Shown: positions 7,129 to 17,731 of the stretch, one piece after another
Layout: every line of letters begins with the position of its first letter
Position numbering within the stretch: the stretch's first letter is position 1
NCBI GenBank assembly: GCA_037137755.1
Contig: JBAXJR010000036.1
Coordinates: forward strand, 1 to 22,841
Direction: 5' to 3'
DNA: 22,841 bases
Origin: Methanomicrobiales archaeon
GTDB taxonomy: Archaea; Halobacteriota; Methanomicrobia; Methanomicrobiales; Methanospirillaceae
Position numbers and translations under genes: made by a program
Notes under the pieces: generated by a model
What the model was told of the DNA's origin: nothing
Databases searched by the model: none
Seen by the model: the letters and a program-made list of their open reading frames with translations, nothing else

Positions 7129-8343
7129 TTAACCATAGATCTGTTTTGACATTTCCAGAGCTTCCACTGCCGGAAGTTTTTTCCCGGTCAGAAACTCGAT
7201 ACATGCCCCACCGCCAGTTGAAATGTGGGTAAAGTGCTTCGCAAGCCCGAGTTTTTCGATTACCGCAGCGGTATGCCCACCCCCTACCACTGAGAAATCG
7301 ACCTGCGACGCAGCCTTCAGGAGTTCATAAGTCCCTGTCGCGAAATCCGGCTCCTCGAATACTCCGGCCGGACCGTTAAAAACAACGGTACCGGCTGCCT
7401 TTAATTGTTTTGACAGTATGCTGATGGCATCCATTCCAAGGTCAAGAACGGGTGCATCACCGGGAATCGCACTGACAGGGAATTCCACACGCCGGTTCCC
7501 TTCCCTGACGGCAACCCAGTCAGGAACTATGATACGCTCCCGGAAACGGTCAAGGAGTTCCCGGGCATGACCAATCTCCTTATCATACTTGAGCTGGTGG
7601 ATCAACTGTGTTGAGGGTGAACCAATATCAAAACCGAGCGCAATAAGAAATACATTTGCAACCACACCGATTACCATTACTTCGTCGGCAATGTCATGTT
7701 CAAGGACATGCCGGGCAACTGCCATCGAATCATCAACCTTTGTTCCTCCCAGCACCATGCAGACTGGTTTTGGTGCCCCCAGGAAGACCCGGCTCAATGT
7801 CAAGACCTCCTTCTCCATCAGGAGACCTGCTGCCGATCTCATGACCAGCGGGAGCCCGACAACGGTTGGCTGCGAGCGATGTGCCGTCCCGAATGCGTCG
7901 TTAATGAATATATCTCCCATACCTGCAAGTTTACGCACAAGATGCGTCTTTTTTGCTTCATCGGGTTTTAATGTCAGGTTCTCTTCTGCATTGAACCTGA
8001 CATTCTCGAGCATGAGCACTTCCCCCGAACGCATGTTCCTGACAGCGTCGCGGGCGGAAGTCCCAAAGATATCGTCAATATAGAAAACCGAGCGCCCGAG
8101 CATCTGGGATAATTTCTCGGCATGGGCTTCGAGAGTCGTGAAATCCTTTTTGCCTGGACGGCTCTGATGTGTCACGATTACGACCCTGCTTCCCTTCAGG
8201 GCCTGTATCGTCGGTATATGTTCACGAAACCGTTTGTCATCGAGAATAAGATTTGAGGTGGGATCGATGGGGGAGTTGAGATCAAGCCTGAGCAGGACCG
8301 TTTTCCCATCAGTTCCCATTTCATTTAGTGTGCCGATCGGCAT
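7129..8343 (-). CDS. pgk: Phosphoglycerate kinase
   Basis: Motifs RLDLNSP, HQSRPG, LENVRF, NDAFGTAHRS, LGGTK, NGPAGVFE, GGGHT and STGGGA. ATG 8343 follows SD GAGGTG (the ORF track starts at the GTG of the SD). Confidence 0.97.
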   Translation of the reverse strand: MPIGTLNEMGTDGKTVLLRLDLNSPIDPTSNLILDDKRFREHIPTIQALKGSRVVIVTHQSRPGKKDFTTLEAHAEKLSQMLGRSVFYIDDIFGTSARDAVRNMRSGEVLMLENVRFNAEENLTLKPDEAKKTHLVRKLAGMGDIFINDAFGTAHRSQPTVVGLPLVMRSAAGLLMEKEVLTLSRVFLGAPKPVCMVLGGTKVDDSMAVARHVLEHDIADEVMVIGVVANVFLIALGFDIGSPSTQLIHQLKYDKEIGHARELLDRFRERIIVPDWVAVREGNRRVEFPVSAIPGDAPVLDLGMDAISILSKQLKAAGTVVFNGPAGVFEEPDFATGTYELLKAASQVDFSVVGGGHTAAVIEKLGLAKHFTHISTGGGACIEFLTGKKLPAVEALEMSKQIYG

Positions 8344-8362
8344 CTGCACCTCATGGTTACAA

Positions 8363-8992
8363 TTATGTTTTCATTCTTGCCTTGATTTTCTTCAGGCGGA
8401 AGAGTTCTTCCCGTTCCATCTCGTCAAGGCGCATTTTGATAAAGTCCCGTGCCTCGGAAAGTTCCGGGATCACCTTGAACTCTAACGCATTAACGCGCCG
8501 CTTCGTGGACTCGATCTCATTGAGGAGTCGTTTCATCGTGGTTTCTATTTCCGCACTTTCGATGATCGCTTCAACGAGCTCCTCAAAGGATGTTGCAGTC
8601 TCGTCGATGATCGAAGTCGTACCGAGGACCCCGTACCCACGGTCAACAAGACTCTTTCTCACCTTCGAAGATTCGATTTTCGGAACAACTACACCCATGA
8701 TATTTTTGGATGAGAGGGTGATCTGGGGAACCTCCTTAACGGAAAATGCCGCTGATTTTACCCCTATAGCCCCTTCTACTGTGTTCGCAAGCGCCATGCT
8801 ATCGACCGCCCTCTGGTATTTCTGCAGCAGCTCTCCACGGCTGTCTTTTGCATCCGCGAGAACCTTGAAAAATTCAAGGATCAGTCCGTCACGCTTCATC
8901 TTGAGAATTTTATAGCCACGCTCGGAGAGCGCAATCCGCCTTTTAAGGTTGATCAGTTCTGAACGTGTCGGCTTAATATCTCTGAGCGCCAT
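8363..8992 (-). CDS. atpD: A/V-type ATP synthase subunit D
   Basis: KPTRSELI, LKMKRDGL and TKRRVNALE motifs; operon position. Confidence 0.97.
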   Translation of the reverse strand: MALRDIKPTRSELINLKRRIALSERGYKILKMKRDGLILEFFKVLADAKDSRGELLQKYQRAVDSMALANTVEGAIGVKSAAFSVKEVPQITLSSKNIMGVVVPKIESSKVRKSLVDRGYGVLGTTSIIDETATSFEELVEAIIESAEIETTMKRLLNEIESTKRRVNALEFKVIPELSEARDFIKMRLDEMEREELFRLKKIKARMKT

Positions 8993-8998
8993 GTGACG

Positions 8999-10387
8999 TT
9001 ACTCCTTTGCAGCCCCGGCTTTAAATTTGGGATGATACTTGCTGATAAGGTCCCGATCGATACGGGTGAGCTGCTCCACGGGTAACGTAGAGAGCAGGTC
9101 CCAGCCGAGATCAAGGGTGTCCACGATCGTCCTGTCCTCGTCATATCCCTGTTTTACAAACCGCTGTTCAAAGAGGTCTGCAAATTCAAGAAGCATCCGG
9201 TCACGTTCTGAAAGGGCATCCTTACCCACAATGGCGACCAGGCCGCGGAGGTCGTTTCCTTCTGCATACCCGGCATACATCTGGTCAGAGACCTTTTTGT
9301 GGTCTTCCCTTGTATGACCTTTTCCGATACCAAGGTTCATCAGGCGGGACAATGAGGGTAGCACGTTGATTGGCGGGTAGATACCCTTCCGGTGGAGCTC
9401 ACGGGAGACCACGATCTGTCCTTCGGTAATGTACCCGGTAAGGTCAGGGATCGGGTGCGTGATATCGTCACCTGGCATCGTAAGGATCGGGATCTGTGTC
9501 ACAGAACCTTTCAGGCCCTTGATGATCCCTGCACGTTCGTAGATGCTTGCAAGGTCAGTGTACATGTAACCGGGGTAACCACGGCGACCAGGCACTTCTT
9601 CTCGGGCAGCGCCGATCTGACGGAGTGCTTCGCAATAATTGGTCATATCTGTGAGGATTACCAGCACATGCATACCAAGTTCGAATGCGAGGTACTCTGC
9701 CGTTGTAAGGGCAAGACGCGGAGTGATAATCCGTTCGACTGCCGGATCATCGGCGAGGTTTAAGAACACCACGGCACGCTCGAGCGCGCCTGTGCGCTCA
9801 AAGTCCTTCATGAAGTGGTTTGCCTCTTCCTTTGTGATACCCATTGCAGCGAAAACCACGGCGAAAGGTTCTGTCGAACCGATCACTTTTGACTGCCGGG
9901 CGATCTGGAGTGCCACATTATTGTGGGGAAGACCTGCTGCCGAGAAAATCGGAAGCTTCTGACCCCTGACAAGCGTGTTTGTACCGTCGATTGTTGAAAT
10001 ACCAGTCTGGATAAACTCGTTTGGTGATGCACGTGCATAGGGATTAATTGCAGCACCGGTGATGTCCAGGCGTTTTTCCGGTACAATTTCAGGACCACCA
10101 TCAATCGGTTTTCCTCCACCGGAGAGGATACGCCCAAGCATCTCCTTTCCGACAGGCATCTTGATGGTTTCTCCCGTGAAACGGACACCGCTGTCCCTTC
10201 CGATACCGGCAGTTGTCTCAAAGACCTGTACCACGACCAGATTATCACTCGTGTCGAGTACCTGCCCACGTTTGACCGTACCGTCAAAGGTCACAATGTT
10301 GACGAGCTCACCGTACCCGATTGGCTCGGTCTTCTCGACAAACACAAGAGGCCCGGCAATTTTTGAAATCGTCCTGTATTCCTTCAT
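8999..10387 (-). CDS. atpB: A/V-type ATP synthase subunit B
   Basis: [30 protein letters not shown] and [15 protein letters not shown]; no intein. Confidence 0.98.
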   Translation of the reverse strand: MKEYRTISKIAGPLVFVEKTEPIGYGELVNIVTFDGTVKRGQVLDTSDNLVVVQVFETTAGIGRDSGVRFTGETIKMPVGKEMLGRILSGGGKPIDGGPEIVPEKRLDITGAAINPYARASPNEFIQTGISTIDGTNTLVRGQKLPIFSAAGLPHNNVALQIARQSKVIGSTEPFAVVFAAMGITKEEANHFMKDFERTGALERAVVFLNLADDPAVERIITPRLALTTAEYLAFELGMHVLVILTDMTNYCEALRQIGAAREEVPGRRGYPGYMYTDLASIYERAGIIKGLKGSVTQIPILTMPGDDITHPIPDLTGYITEGQIVVSRELHRKGIYPPINVLPSLSRLMNLGIGKGHTREDHKKVSDQMYAGYAEGNDLRGLVAIVGKDALSERDRMLLEFADLFEQRFVKQGYDEDRTIVDTLDLGWDLLSTLPVEQLTRIDRDLISKYHPKFKAGAAKE

Positions 10388-12150
10388 GCTGCCGCCCTCA
10401 GTGTGTTGAATTCTGTGTCCATTGCTTTCAAAATTTTCTCAAGCTCCGGCTTGTAGTCCTTGATGAACTTTATCTGGGGCAGGTCATTCTTCGCTTTGGA
10501 AGCAATAATCTGTGTGGGGGTAACCCCGACTGCCTGGGCTGCCGATGAAAGGTCAGCGAAGAACTTGATCGACTTCATGATATCATACTGTTTCTTCATG
10601 TCACAGAAGGTGTCGACTGCATCGTATGCATTCTGCTGGAGGAAGATTTCACGTATCATGCGGGCCACTTCGATCGTGATCTGTTCCGTCTCAGGCAATG
10701 CGTCAGACCCTACAAGCTGCACGATCTCCTGAAGCTCGGCTTCTTTCTGGAGGACTTCCATTGCCCACGATCTCAACGTGTTCCACTCGGGTGAGACCTC
10801 GCGGTCGTACCAGTCGTGGAGGGTATCAAGATAAAGGGAATAGGAATTCAACCAGTTAATGGCAGGGAAATGACGCCGCTGCGAAAGTTTCGCATCGAGC
10901 GCCCAGAACACCTTGACAATACGGAGTGTATTCTGGGTGACCGGCTCGGAGAAATCTCCACCAGGCGGGGAAACTGCACCAATAACTGAAACGGAACCAT
11001 CTCCACCGGCTAACGTTTTTACAAGCCCTGCACGTTCATAAAATTCTGAAAGGCGTGCCGCAAGGTATGCAGGGTATCCTTCCTCACCAGGCATCTCTTC
11101 AAGACGTGATGAGATCTCACGCATTGCTTCTGCCCATCGCGAGGTGGAATCTGCCATCAGCGAGACATCGTATCCCATATCACGGTAATACTCTGCAATC
11201 GTGATACCAGTGTACACCGATGCTTCTCTTGCCGCCACCGGCATGTTGCTCGTGTTTGCGATAAGAACGGTCCTCTCCATCAGGGGTTTTCCGGTCTTCG
11301 GGTCTTCGAGTTCCGGGAATTCCGTCAGGACTTCTGTCATTTCGTTGCCGCGTTCACCGCAACCGATGTAGACAACGATCTCCGCGTCACTCCATTTTGC
11401 AAGCTGCTGCTGGGTAACGGTTTTACCGCTGCCGAACGGACCAGGGATTGCCGCGGTCCCGCCCTTTGCGATGGGGAAGAGCCCGTCAAGTATCCGCTGG
11501 CCGGTGATCAACGGGATCTCAGGATTCAGCTTTTCTTTCACAGGTCTTGGAACACGCACAGGCCAGCGCTGCATCATCGTAAGCGAAGTGCCATCATCAA
11601 GGACACACACCACGTCATCGACTGTAAAAGAGCCGGATTTAATACTTTTTACAGCACCTCCCTTGAAATTCGGGGGCACCATCACTTTATGGACAATATT
11701 CGTTTCCTGCACTTCACCGATGATACTCCCGCCGATGACCTTGTCACCTTCCTTAACCAGGGGCTTAAATTCCCACTTCTTGTCGTGGGGAAGCCCTGGT
11801 GCAGAAACACCTCTTTCGATGAAATTTCCCATCTTGTCGACGAGGACGCTTAAAGGACGCTGAATGCCGTCGTAGATATTCGTCAGGAGACCAGGTCCAA
11901 GTTCAACCGCAAGAGACAACCCTGTGTTCACTACAGGTTCTCCGGGTTTGATGCCCGAAGTATCTTCATAGACCTGGATGATAGTTTCCTCACCCTGGAT
12001 CTTGATGACTTCGCCCATCAATGCCTCGTTTCCGACTTTGACTACGTCGTACATGTGGGCATCGAAATTCACTGCCGTTACTACCGGCCCTGAAATCCTT
12101 TTAAGAACACCCTTTTTGTCGATTTTTGAATCTTTTTCTTTCACTTCCAC
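10384..12150 (-). CDS. atpA: A/V-type ATP synthase subunit A
   Basis: Walker [27 protein letters not shown] and [12 protein letters not shown]; 588 aa, no intein; GTG start. Confidence 0.98.
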   Translation of the reverse strand: MEVKEKDSKIDKKGVLKRISGPVVTAVNFDAHMYDVVKVGNEALMGEVIKIQGEETIIQVYEDTSGIKPGEPVVNTGLSLAVELGPGLLTNIYDGIQRPLSVLVDKMGNFIERGVSAPGLPHDKKWEFKPLVKEGDKVIGGSIIGEVQETNIVHKVMVPPNFKGGAVKSIKSGSFTVDDVVCVLDDGTSLTMMQRWPVRVPRPVKEKLNPEIPLITGQRILDGLFPIAKGGTAAIPGPFGSGKTVTQQQLAKWSDAEIVVYIGCGERGNEMTEVLTEFPELEDPKTGKPLMERTVLIANTSNMPVAAREASVYTGITIAEYYRDMGYDVSLMADSTSRWAEAMREISSRLEEMPGEEGYPAYLAARLSEFYERAGLVKTLAGGDGSVSVIGAVSPPGGDFSEPVTQNTLRIVKVFWALDAKLSQRRHFPAINWLNSYSLYLDTLHDWYDREVSPEWNTLRSWAMEVLQKEAELQEIVQLVGSDALPETEQITIEVARMIREIFLQQNAYDAVDTFCDMKKQYDIMKSIKFFADLSSAAQAVGVTPTQIIASKAKNDLPQIKFIKDYKPELEKILKAMDTEFNTLRAAA

Positions 12151-12443
12151 AGATCAACACCCACTGATCTCTTGATTCTCTCTCTCATGGACAGCCCACC
12201 TTCTTCCCCGCCGATTGCGATGACCGTAGGTTTTACCGAGTTTTCAAGTTGTGTCCTGAGCCGTCCCGGGATCCGGTTCATATCACTGTTGTTCAGGACA
12301 AGGATCCCGACTTCGTTGTCCCCAAGAACTCCGTTGATATATTCTGTGAGTTTCGCTTCGTTTTCTGCTGCATACGTCTTCCTGATACCGGCAAGCCGGA
12401 ACCCTAAGATGAACTCACTGTTACCTATGACTGCAATCTCCAT
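12141..12443 (-). CDS. atpF: A/V-type ATP synthase subunit F
   Basis: 100 aa; IAVIG...GFRLAG and IKRSVGVDL. Confidence 0.95.
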   Translation of the reverse strand: MEIAVIGNSEFILGFRLAGIRKTYAAENEAKLTEYINGVLGDNEVGILVLNNSDMNRIPGRLRTQLENSVKPTVIAIGGEEGGLSMRERIKRSVGVDLWK

Positions 12444-13496
12444 CTACATCACCAGGTACCCTTTTATCCGATCATTGGAAAGTTTTGATTCCTTTCCACG
12501 GGCAATAGCACGCAGATTGAAGACTTCGTACTTTTTCTTCTCGAGATACACGAGGATCGGGTGGATAGAGAACGGGTTTAACTTTGCCATTTTTTCCATC
12601 TGTTCAAGTTGCACCTTGATCAATTCGATCTCGATCTCCCGGATCGGCTTATCTCCCCTGAGCGTATCAAGAACCGCAAGGAGCGTTTTAACTCGGACCC
12701 TTGCCATAAGGGCATCAATAAATTCGTTCTGATCTGTGATTGAATGCAGTTTCTGGAGATCCTCCACCGTGAAGGTCCCCCCGGGGATCATCATTTCCCG
12801 TGCATCTTCCTCAAACGTATCCATACGAAGCCGGAAAAGGTTCTTGATATTGGTGATATCGATATCAAGCCGGATGTAGTTGAGAAACAGGTTCCCGCCC
12901 TTAACCCCGTGTGCCCCCTCGATCAGTTTCGCGTAAAATTGTTTGTACATCTCATTTTCGAGACGGGAGAGGGACCTGCTCGCGGATGCTGCAGGGTATT
13001 CCCTTGAAAGGACGGGATAGAACTTCTTACCTTTCAACGCCTCAACAACCCTGTCAGGTGATTCCTCGAGGAGTAACCGATCAAGGAATACCCGGTCAAG
13101 TTCCCCTGCCGGGACAAGGATTTCCTTGATTTTACCGGGTTTTAAACCCTGGAATTTGCCCCGGATAATGGTGAGTACATTCTGGATATCCCAGCGGCGA
13201 AGGTACGCCCGGGTGAAATCCTTGAGAGTTCCCGGCGTGATATCAATAATTGTCTGGAATTCTTTCGCAAGGTTCCATGAAAGTGCGATCTCAATCAGGT
13301 CTATACCCGAAAAAGATGGACTTAATTCATCAATTTCCCGCTTGTATTCCATTTCTTCAATGGTTCGGGTTATCTCCGGCAGGCCCATGTTGAGCATCCG
13401 CATGTACTCTTCCTTTGGCAGAAGTTTGGACTTCCTTACCCGCATCCGTGTGCCAACGTATATGTAAGGGGCAGGACCGCCAGTCATCTCAGCCAT
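12444..13496 (-). CDS. atpC: A/V-type ATP synthase subunit C
   Basis: 350 aa; RMRVRKSKLL, RRWDIQN and YEVFNLRAIARGK; operon position. Confidence 0.95.
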   Translation of the reverse strand: MAEMTGGPAPYIYVGTRMRVRKSKLLPKEEYMRMLNMGLPEITRTIEEMEYKREIDELSPSFSGIDLIEIALSWNLAKEFQTIIDITPGTLKDFTRAYLRRWDIQNVLTIIRGKFQGLKPGKIKEILVPAGELDRVFLDRLLLEESPDRVVEALKGKKFYPVLSREYPAASASRSLSRLENEMYKQFYAKLIEGAHGVKGGNLFLNYIRLDIDITNIKNLFRLRMDTFEEDAREMMIPGGTFTVEDLQKLHSITDQNEFIDALMARVRVKTLLAVLDTLRGDKPIREIEIELIKVQLEQMEKMAKLNPFSIHPILVYLEKKKYEVFNLRAIARGKESKLSNDRIKGYLVM

Positions 13497-13508
13497 GTTA
13501 GTACCTCC

Positions 13509-14087
13509 TTAACCAAAAAGGATATCAGATGCATCCTTGAGACCTGTTTCCCAGACCATGTTCAGGAATGTGCGATAGCTCTGATCCAGCTGGAGGGTGC
13601 CGTCTTTACTCTCGACCATTACTCCTCCTTCGATATCGACTTCATTCCCGACTGAGTACCCTTTGAATAAATTCTCCTGTGCAATTAGTTCCTTCAGGGC
13701 CTTCATATCACGTGCATTACAGTGCACGATACCTTCAGGGATCTGCTTTTTTGCATCAGACAGGAGCGATTTGATCGCTTCCCTGTGGAAACTGTCAGGA
13801 AGCTTCAGCACTGAATCCAGAGCATTCTGGTATACCTCATCAAGCAGGGCCTTTTGTGTGTTCAAACGTTCCCGTTTGACAACCAGGTTTGCAGCAGAGA
13901 GCTCCTGGCTCTCAATATGCTGCACCTGCTTGGTAACGCTCTCTTCGACCGCCAGTTTAATTTTTTCTGCTTTAATCTGGCTGGTCTGAAGGATCCCGTT
14001 TACTTCGGCTTTTGTTTCCTCACGGATCGCATCAGCTTCTTTCTGCCCTTTTGCCCTGATATCTCCGACGACTGCTTCCAGACCCAT
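13509..14087 (-). CDS. atpE: A/V-type ATP synthase subunit E
   Basis: MGLEAVV, a coiled coil and the GGVMVES...D motif. The ORF track start at 14099 (GTG) is an alternative. Confidence 0.93.
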   Translation of the reverse strand: MGLEAVVGDIRAKGQKEADAIREETKAEVNGILQTSQIKAEKIKLAVEESVTKQVQHIESQELSAANLVVKRERLNTQKALLDEVYQNALDSVLKLPDSFHREAIKSLLSDAKKQIPEGIVHCNARDMKALKELIAQENLFKGYSVGNEVDIEGGVMVESKDGTLQLDQSYRTFLNMVWETGLKDASDILFG

Positions 14088-14099
14088 AGTCTGCCCCAC

Positions 14100-14348
14100 T
14101 TAGAATAAGAGCAGGAGTGCGACCACGAGCCCGAAGATTACAATCGTTTCAGGAATGACCGTGAAGAGTAATGCCAGCCCAAAGATATCTTTATCTTCGG
14201 CAACAGCACCTACCGCTGCAGAACCAATTCCCATCTCGGCAACGCCGGTCCCTATCCCAGCCATACCGACTGCAAGACCTGCGCCTACCGCCTTTAATCC
14301 AACCTGCGATGCCTGTATCATTTCAAGTGTCATTGTTGCATCTGCCAT
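14100..14348 (-). CDS. atpK: A/V-type ATP synthase subunit K (c proteolipid, single hairpin)
   Basis: 82 aa, two TM helices, Gly-rich helix 1, PET carboxylate motif. Confidence 0.96.
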   Translation of the reverse strand: MADATMTLEMIQASQVGLKAVGAGLAVGMAGIGTGVAEMGIGSAAVGAVAEDKDIFGLALLFTVIPETIVIFGLVVALLLLF

Positions 14349-14351
14349 GTT

Positions 14352-16319
14352 TTATTCCTCCGTAAATCTTCTTTTAATTCCAAATGGATTGTATTTCTGG
14401 CCTCCACCTTTGTAGAACTTGGTGAAGAATTCAACATACTGCAACCTGAGGGACTGTAGTGCACCACCAATCAGCCCGAGTGCTGCGTTACCAATATGGC
14501 CCACGATAAAGATGAGCACACCGACGATGATTATCACGATACCCACAATAGAAAGATGCTCAAGCTGAGGCTCGATTATCATTCCTATTGCTATAAAATT
14601 TACTACCATTGCAATTGCCACCGATGAAAGACCAACCGCAACCAGACGGGCATAGGATAGCACATGACTGATGATTGTGGGTAATTCAAAGACATCGAGA
14701 ATATTCTCTCTCGCGATGAATATCACACCAATTACAACCATGAGTATGCCTGTAATAGTAGCGATGTTCAGACCTGCAGCGATCTGCGGGACTTTCATGA
14801 GATCCGGCATGTAAGGAATCGCGAAATAAGACCAGATCGCTACCAGGATTCCCCACATCACAAGTAACCAGCCAAGATTTGCAAACACGGCTTTCACCCT
14901 GTGTGAACCATGATCCATTCTTGCATGGTTGATCATTCCCAGAATTCTACCAAGAGTAATCTGGATTATCCCGATCCAGATAGCCATTACCAGCAGACCG
15001 GGAATTGCGGCTCCTTCTCCACCCTCTCCACCAATATTCATATGGCGGGAGAATATCAGGGGATGCCATAATAATTTGAACCCGAGGAACTCGGAATACA
15101 ATAACCCGAATATTATGGTAGAGATTGCAAAGATCATTAAGATGTTTACCAGCTGGGCACCATCACCACGTTTGAAATACCGGCGCAGGAGCAGGCTGAC
15201 TACTAACAGTAGCAGGCCATACCCGACATCCCCGAGGATCAAACCGAAGAACAGCGGGAATATGAATGCAACGATAAGCGTTGGATCAATCTCCGAGTAT
15301 TTCGGTCTTGAATAGATATCGACGATCAATTGTGTCGGCCTGACAAACGACGGGTTGTCATACTCAACCGGGACAGAATCGTGTTCAAAGTCAATCGGGA
15401 TTTCGGTTATGTAACATTTCCCGCCGGTAGCATCATTAACGGCCCTGGTCAGGGGTTCAACTTCATCAACCGGGACCCAGCCTTCCGCAACAAATGCCTG
15501 GTCTGTCGTCGCGAAACGGAGAGGGGCCTCTGCCTTGGAAACATCTGTGGTAAGGAGCTCATCACAGGCGAGCAGGAACCCGGCATATTTTTCCCGGTTT
15601 TCCGCTAATTTTTTCTTGTTTGCCTCAATCTGCTCTTTGATTGAAATAGTCTGCAACTGGTATGAACTGATCGCATTCGATGCAGGGCCAGTCTCTTCGG
15701 GGATCTGAACCTGCTGGAACATCGCTTCATTGAGAGCTTTTTCCACGGTTACCCGGTGTTCAACCGGTACCGCGATAACAATGAAATTCCCTGCTTTGGA
15801 AGGGTAATAGAAACGATCATGCGGAACTTCCGGGACCACATCGTGGGCGATGAAACCCGCGAATACTACTATTGATTCATATCCGCGTAATAGATCAAGA
15901 TCAACAGGAATATTCTCAAAATGTTTCAGACCCGCGATTTTCTGTTCGAGGTCTTTCTCCTCGTTCTCAAGCCGCGAACGCATCGCGGTAAGGCCCTCGG
16001 TTTCTTTCTCAATTACAGGAAGATCCTGTTCAATCAGGGACCGAATCTCATAAGTACGACGGATTGTTTCCGGTCCTTCATCATCAGGTTTCACCATGTA
16101 TGCTGCCGAAAGCGACCTGATTTTAATGAGCTCGCTTGATACTTCGCTGGCACCTGAAAGAGGCATACCAATACGAAACCCTGCGTATTCCTCTTTGGCC
16201 TGATCAACAAAATCTTCAATATGAAATACATTGTGGCGGTAAAGCTCCTGAATAATCGGCTCCATCTGGTCCTTGGAGGCCGCAATAAACAGGCGGCTCA
16301 TCTGCCTAGGCTTTAACAT
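14352..16319 (-). CDS. atpI: A/V-type ATP synthase subunit I (a)
   Basis: 655 aa; EGWVP, EIDPT, GDVGYG, LSYARL and LRLQYVEFFTKFY. Confidence 0.97.
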   Translation of the reverse strand: MLKPRQMSRLFIAASKDQMEPIIQELYRHNVFHIEDFVDQAKEEYAGFRIGMPLSGASEVSSELIKIRSLSAAYMVKPDDEGPETIRRTYEIRSLIEQDLPVIEKETEGLTAMRSRLENEEKDLEQKIAGLKHFENIPVDLDLLRGYESIVVFAGFIAHDVVPEVPHDRFYYPSKAGNFIVIAVPVEHRVTVEKALNEAMFQQVQIPEETGPASNAISSYQLQTISIKEQIEANKKKLAENREKYAGFLLACDELLTTDVSKAEAPLRFATTDQAFVAEGWVPVDEVEPLTRAVNDATGGKCYITEIPIDFEHDSVPVEYDNPSFVRPTQLIVDIYSRPKYSEIDPTLIVAFIFPLFFGLILGDVGYGLLLLVVSLLLRRYFKRGDGAQLVNILMIFAISTIIFGLLYSEFLGFKLLWHPLIFSRHMNIGGEGGEGAAIPGLLVMAIWIGIIQITLGRILGMINHARMDHGSHRVKAVFANLGWLLVMWGILVAIWSYFAIPYMPDLMKVPQIAAGLNIATITGILMVVIGVIFIARENILDVFELPTIISHVLSYARLVAVGLSSVAIAMVVNFIAIGMIIEPQLEHLSIVGIVIIIVGVLIFIVGHIGNAALGLIGGALQSLRLQYVEFFTKFYKGGGQKYNPFGIKRRFTEE

Positions 16320-16635
16320 GCACCTGCTCCTTGAACCGTGTTACAAGCAGCTCGACTGCACGGTCAAGGTTTTTTTGCCCATGTTCCCTGAGCATCGTAA
16401 TGGATTGCTCACCTTCCTTGATGATCCGGGCATGTGACTCTGCAGCATGTGTCCTGGCATCCGCCATGCGTTTCTTCCTATACTCTTCTGCGTTGCTGCT
16501 TGCCTTGACAATCAGGTTATCCGCTTCAAGTTCCGCATTGGCGAGACTTTTTTTCTTATCTGCCGCTGCATTACGTACCGTTTTACTGTACTCTTCTTCT
16601 GCAGTTTTGATGTCTTTTAAGACCTCAGTCTTCAT
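16306..16635 (-). CDS. atpH: A-type ATP synthase subunit H (G-like peripheral stalk)
   Basis: 109 aa charged coiled coil (EVLKDIKTAEEE), first gene of the operon, SD GAGG. Confidence 0.88.
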   Translation of the reverse strand: MKTEVLKDIKTAEEEYSKTVRNAAADKKKSLANAELEADNLIVKASSNAEEYRKKRMADARTHAAESHARIIKEGEQSITMLREHGQKNLDRAVELLVTRFKEQVHVKA

Positions 16636-16840
16636 CCAACCCTCCTCTCATGATAATAGTACATTTTAGGAAAAACTCTCTTAAATGTGTTGTTATTTAT
16701 TTCAGTGACAGGAAGAGAGAAGCCCGGAACATAAAGTAAATATACATATTAAGGGGATTATTTTTAAAAAAGCCTTATTTATTACCTATTTTCCATGTTT
16801 ACAGTCATCCATACAGGAACAACGGGAACCAAATAATTTT

Positions 16841-17332
16841 TTACCTTGTGTAATGGACCGGGGGAAAAGAATATGTGATGAGCGAAACAGGATGGTCCTC
16901 GTTTAATCCTTCGATACAGACCCCGCCTTTCACCGCCGTAAGCACCAGTCCCATAAATTCCCCGTTGACGCAGAGCACATCCTGCTCCGGATGCGTACCG
17001 CGCTCGATTGAACAACTGAGCCGTATGCTGTCACCCGCTGAAATCACGTATCTGAGCCTTTTTGACCCGGGATGCCCTTTTGGTAACACCATCAGCGGAG
17101 AATGGTAAGTCCTTACAAGTTCGAGGAGCATGATGGCCGGCTCAACCGCACCAGCTTCCGGAGCAGACACAACGATGAGATCATCAGCTGACAATCCCTG
17201 GCAGTATTCATTGCCTGTTGTCTCAATACAGATGCAAAGTTGAGTTCCGGCTTTCCCTATAAGAAGAAAAGAATTGTCGCCCTGGATGAGAAGGTACTCG
17301 TTCCCAAGTCCAAGGTTATGCTTCTTCGACAT
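16841..17332 (-). CDS. Hypothetical protein (163 aa)
   Basis: ORF track gives 16841..17392. ATG 17332 is preferred because the extension lies inside the upstream zinc-ribbon gene. Globular composition with Cys/His motifs (PKGHPGS, CSIERGTHPEQDVLC). Confidence 0.75.
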   Translation of the reverse strand: MSKKHNLGLGNEYLLIQGDNSFLLIGKAGTQLCICIETTGNEYCQGLSADDLIVVSAPEAGAVEPAIMLLELVRTYHSPLMVLPKGHPGSKRLRYVISAGDSIRLSCSIERGTHPEQDVLCVNGEFMGLVLTAVKGGVCIEGLNEDHPVSLITYSFPPVHYTR

Positions 17333-17468
17333 TATCTGACTGGCATGACGGGCAGATTGGTTTTTTCCCAATTCCTTTGAAACGCTCGCCACAATCCCTG
17401 CAACGGTAATCCTTTCCCTTGATACGCTCTGTAAATTCTACATCCATTGGGCCGCCGACACTGCACAT
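17316..17468 (-). CDS. Small CxxC/CPxC zinc-ribbon protein (50 aa)
   Basis: Manual translation MCSVGGPMDVEFTERIKGKDYRCRDCGERFKGIGKKPICPSCQSDNVEEA*; SD AGGTGA upstream; below the ORF track size cutoff. Confidence 0.85.
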   Translation of the reverse strand: MCSVGGPMDVEFTERIKGKDYRCRDCGERFKGIGKKPICPSCQSDNVEEA

Positions 17469-17562
17469 AGTCTGTATCACCTGTTCAATCCTTCATCATC
17501 TGAAGTATTTATTATTATTCCTCATCACTGATATTTTTACAATTGGTGCCCAAAGCACCAGT

Positions 17563-17664
17563 AAAAAAATGCTCCTTGAGGGTATGAATTCAGAGGGGTA
17601 GGTTAATTCCAGTTTTATAGTACCAACTGGGTACTCCTGTTGAATTCATTCCCTAAAAGGACAT
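17563..17664 (-). terminator. Long imperfect hairpin followed by T7 (terminator or palindromic element)
   Basis: TCCTT/AAGGA, AGGG/CCCT, ATGAATTCA/TGAATTCAT, AGGGGTA/TACTCCT and CCAGTT/AACTGG nested; the A7 at 17563-17569 is a T7 on the minus strand. Confidence 0.5.
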
Positions 17665-17731
17665 GTTAAGGGTAAAAATTGGTTTGTTGTTACCTGTGAA
17701 AAAATACAGGTTAAAATCAATGATATATCAA

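Noticed and set aside
10384-12150. Possible inteins in atpA (also checked atpB and lonB)
   Set aside because: Protein lengths and motifs are contiguous, with no insertion.
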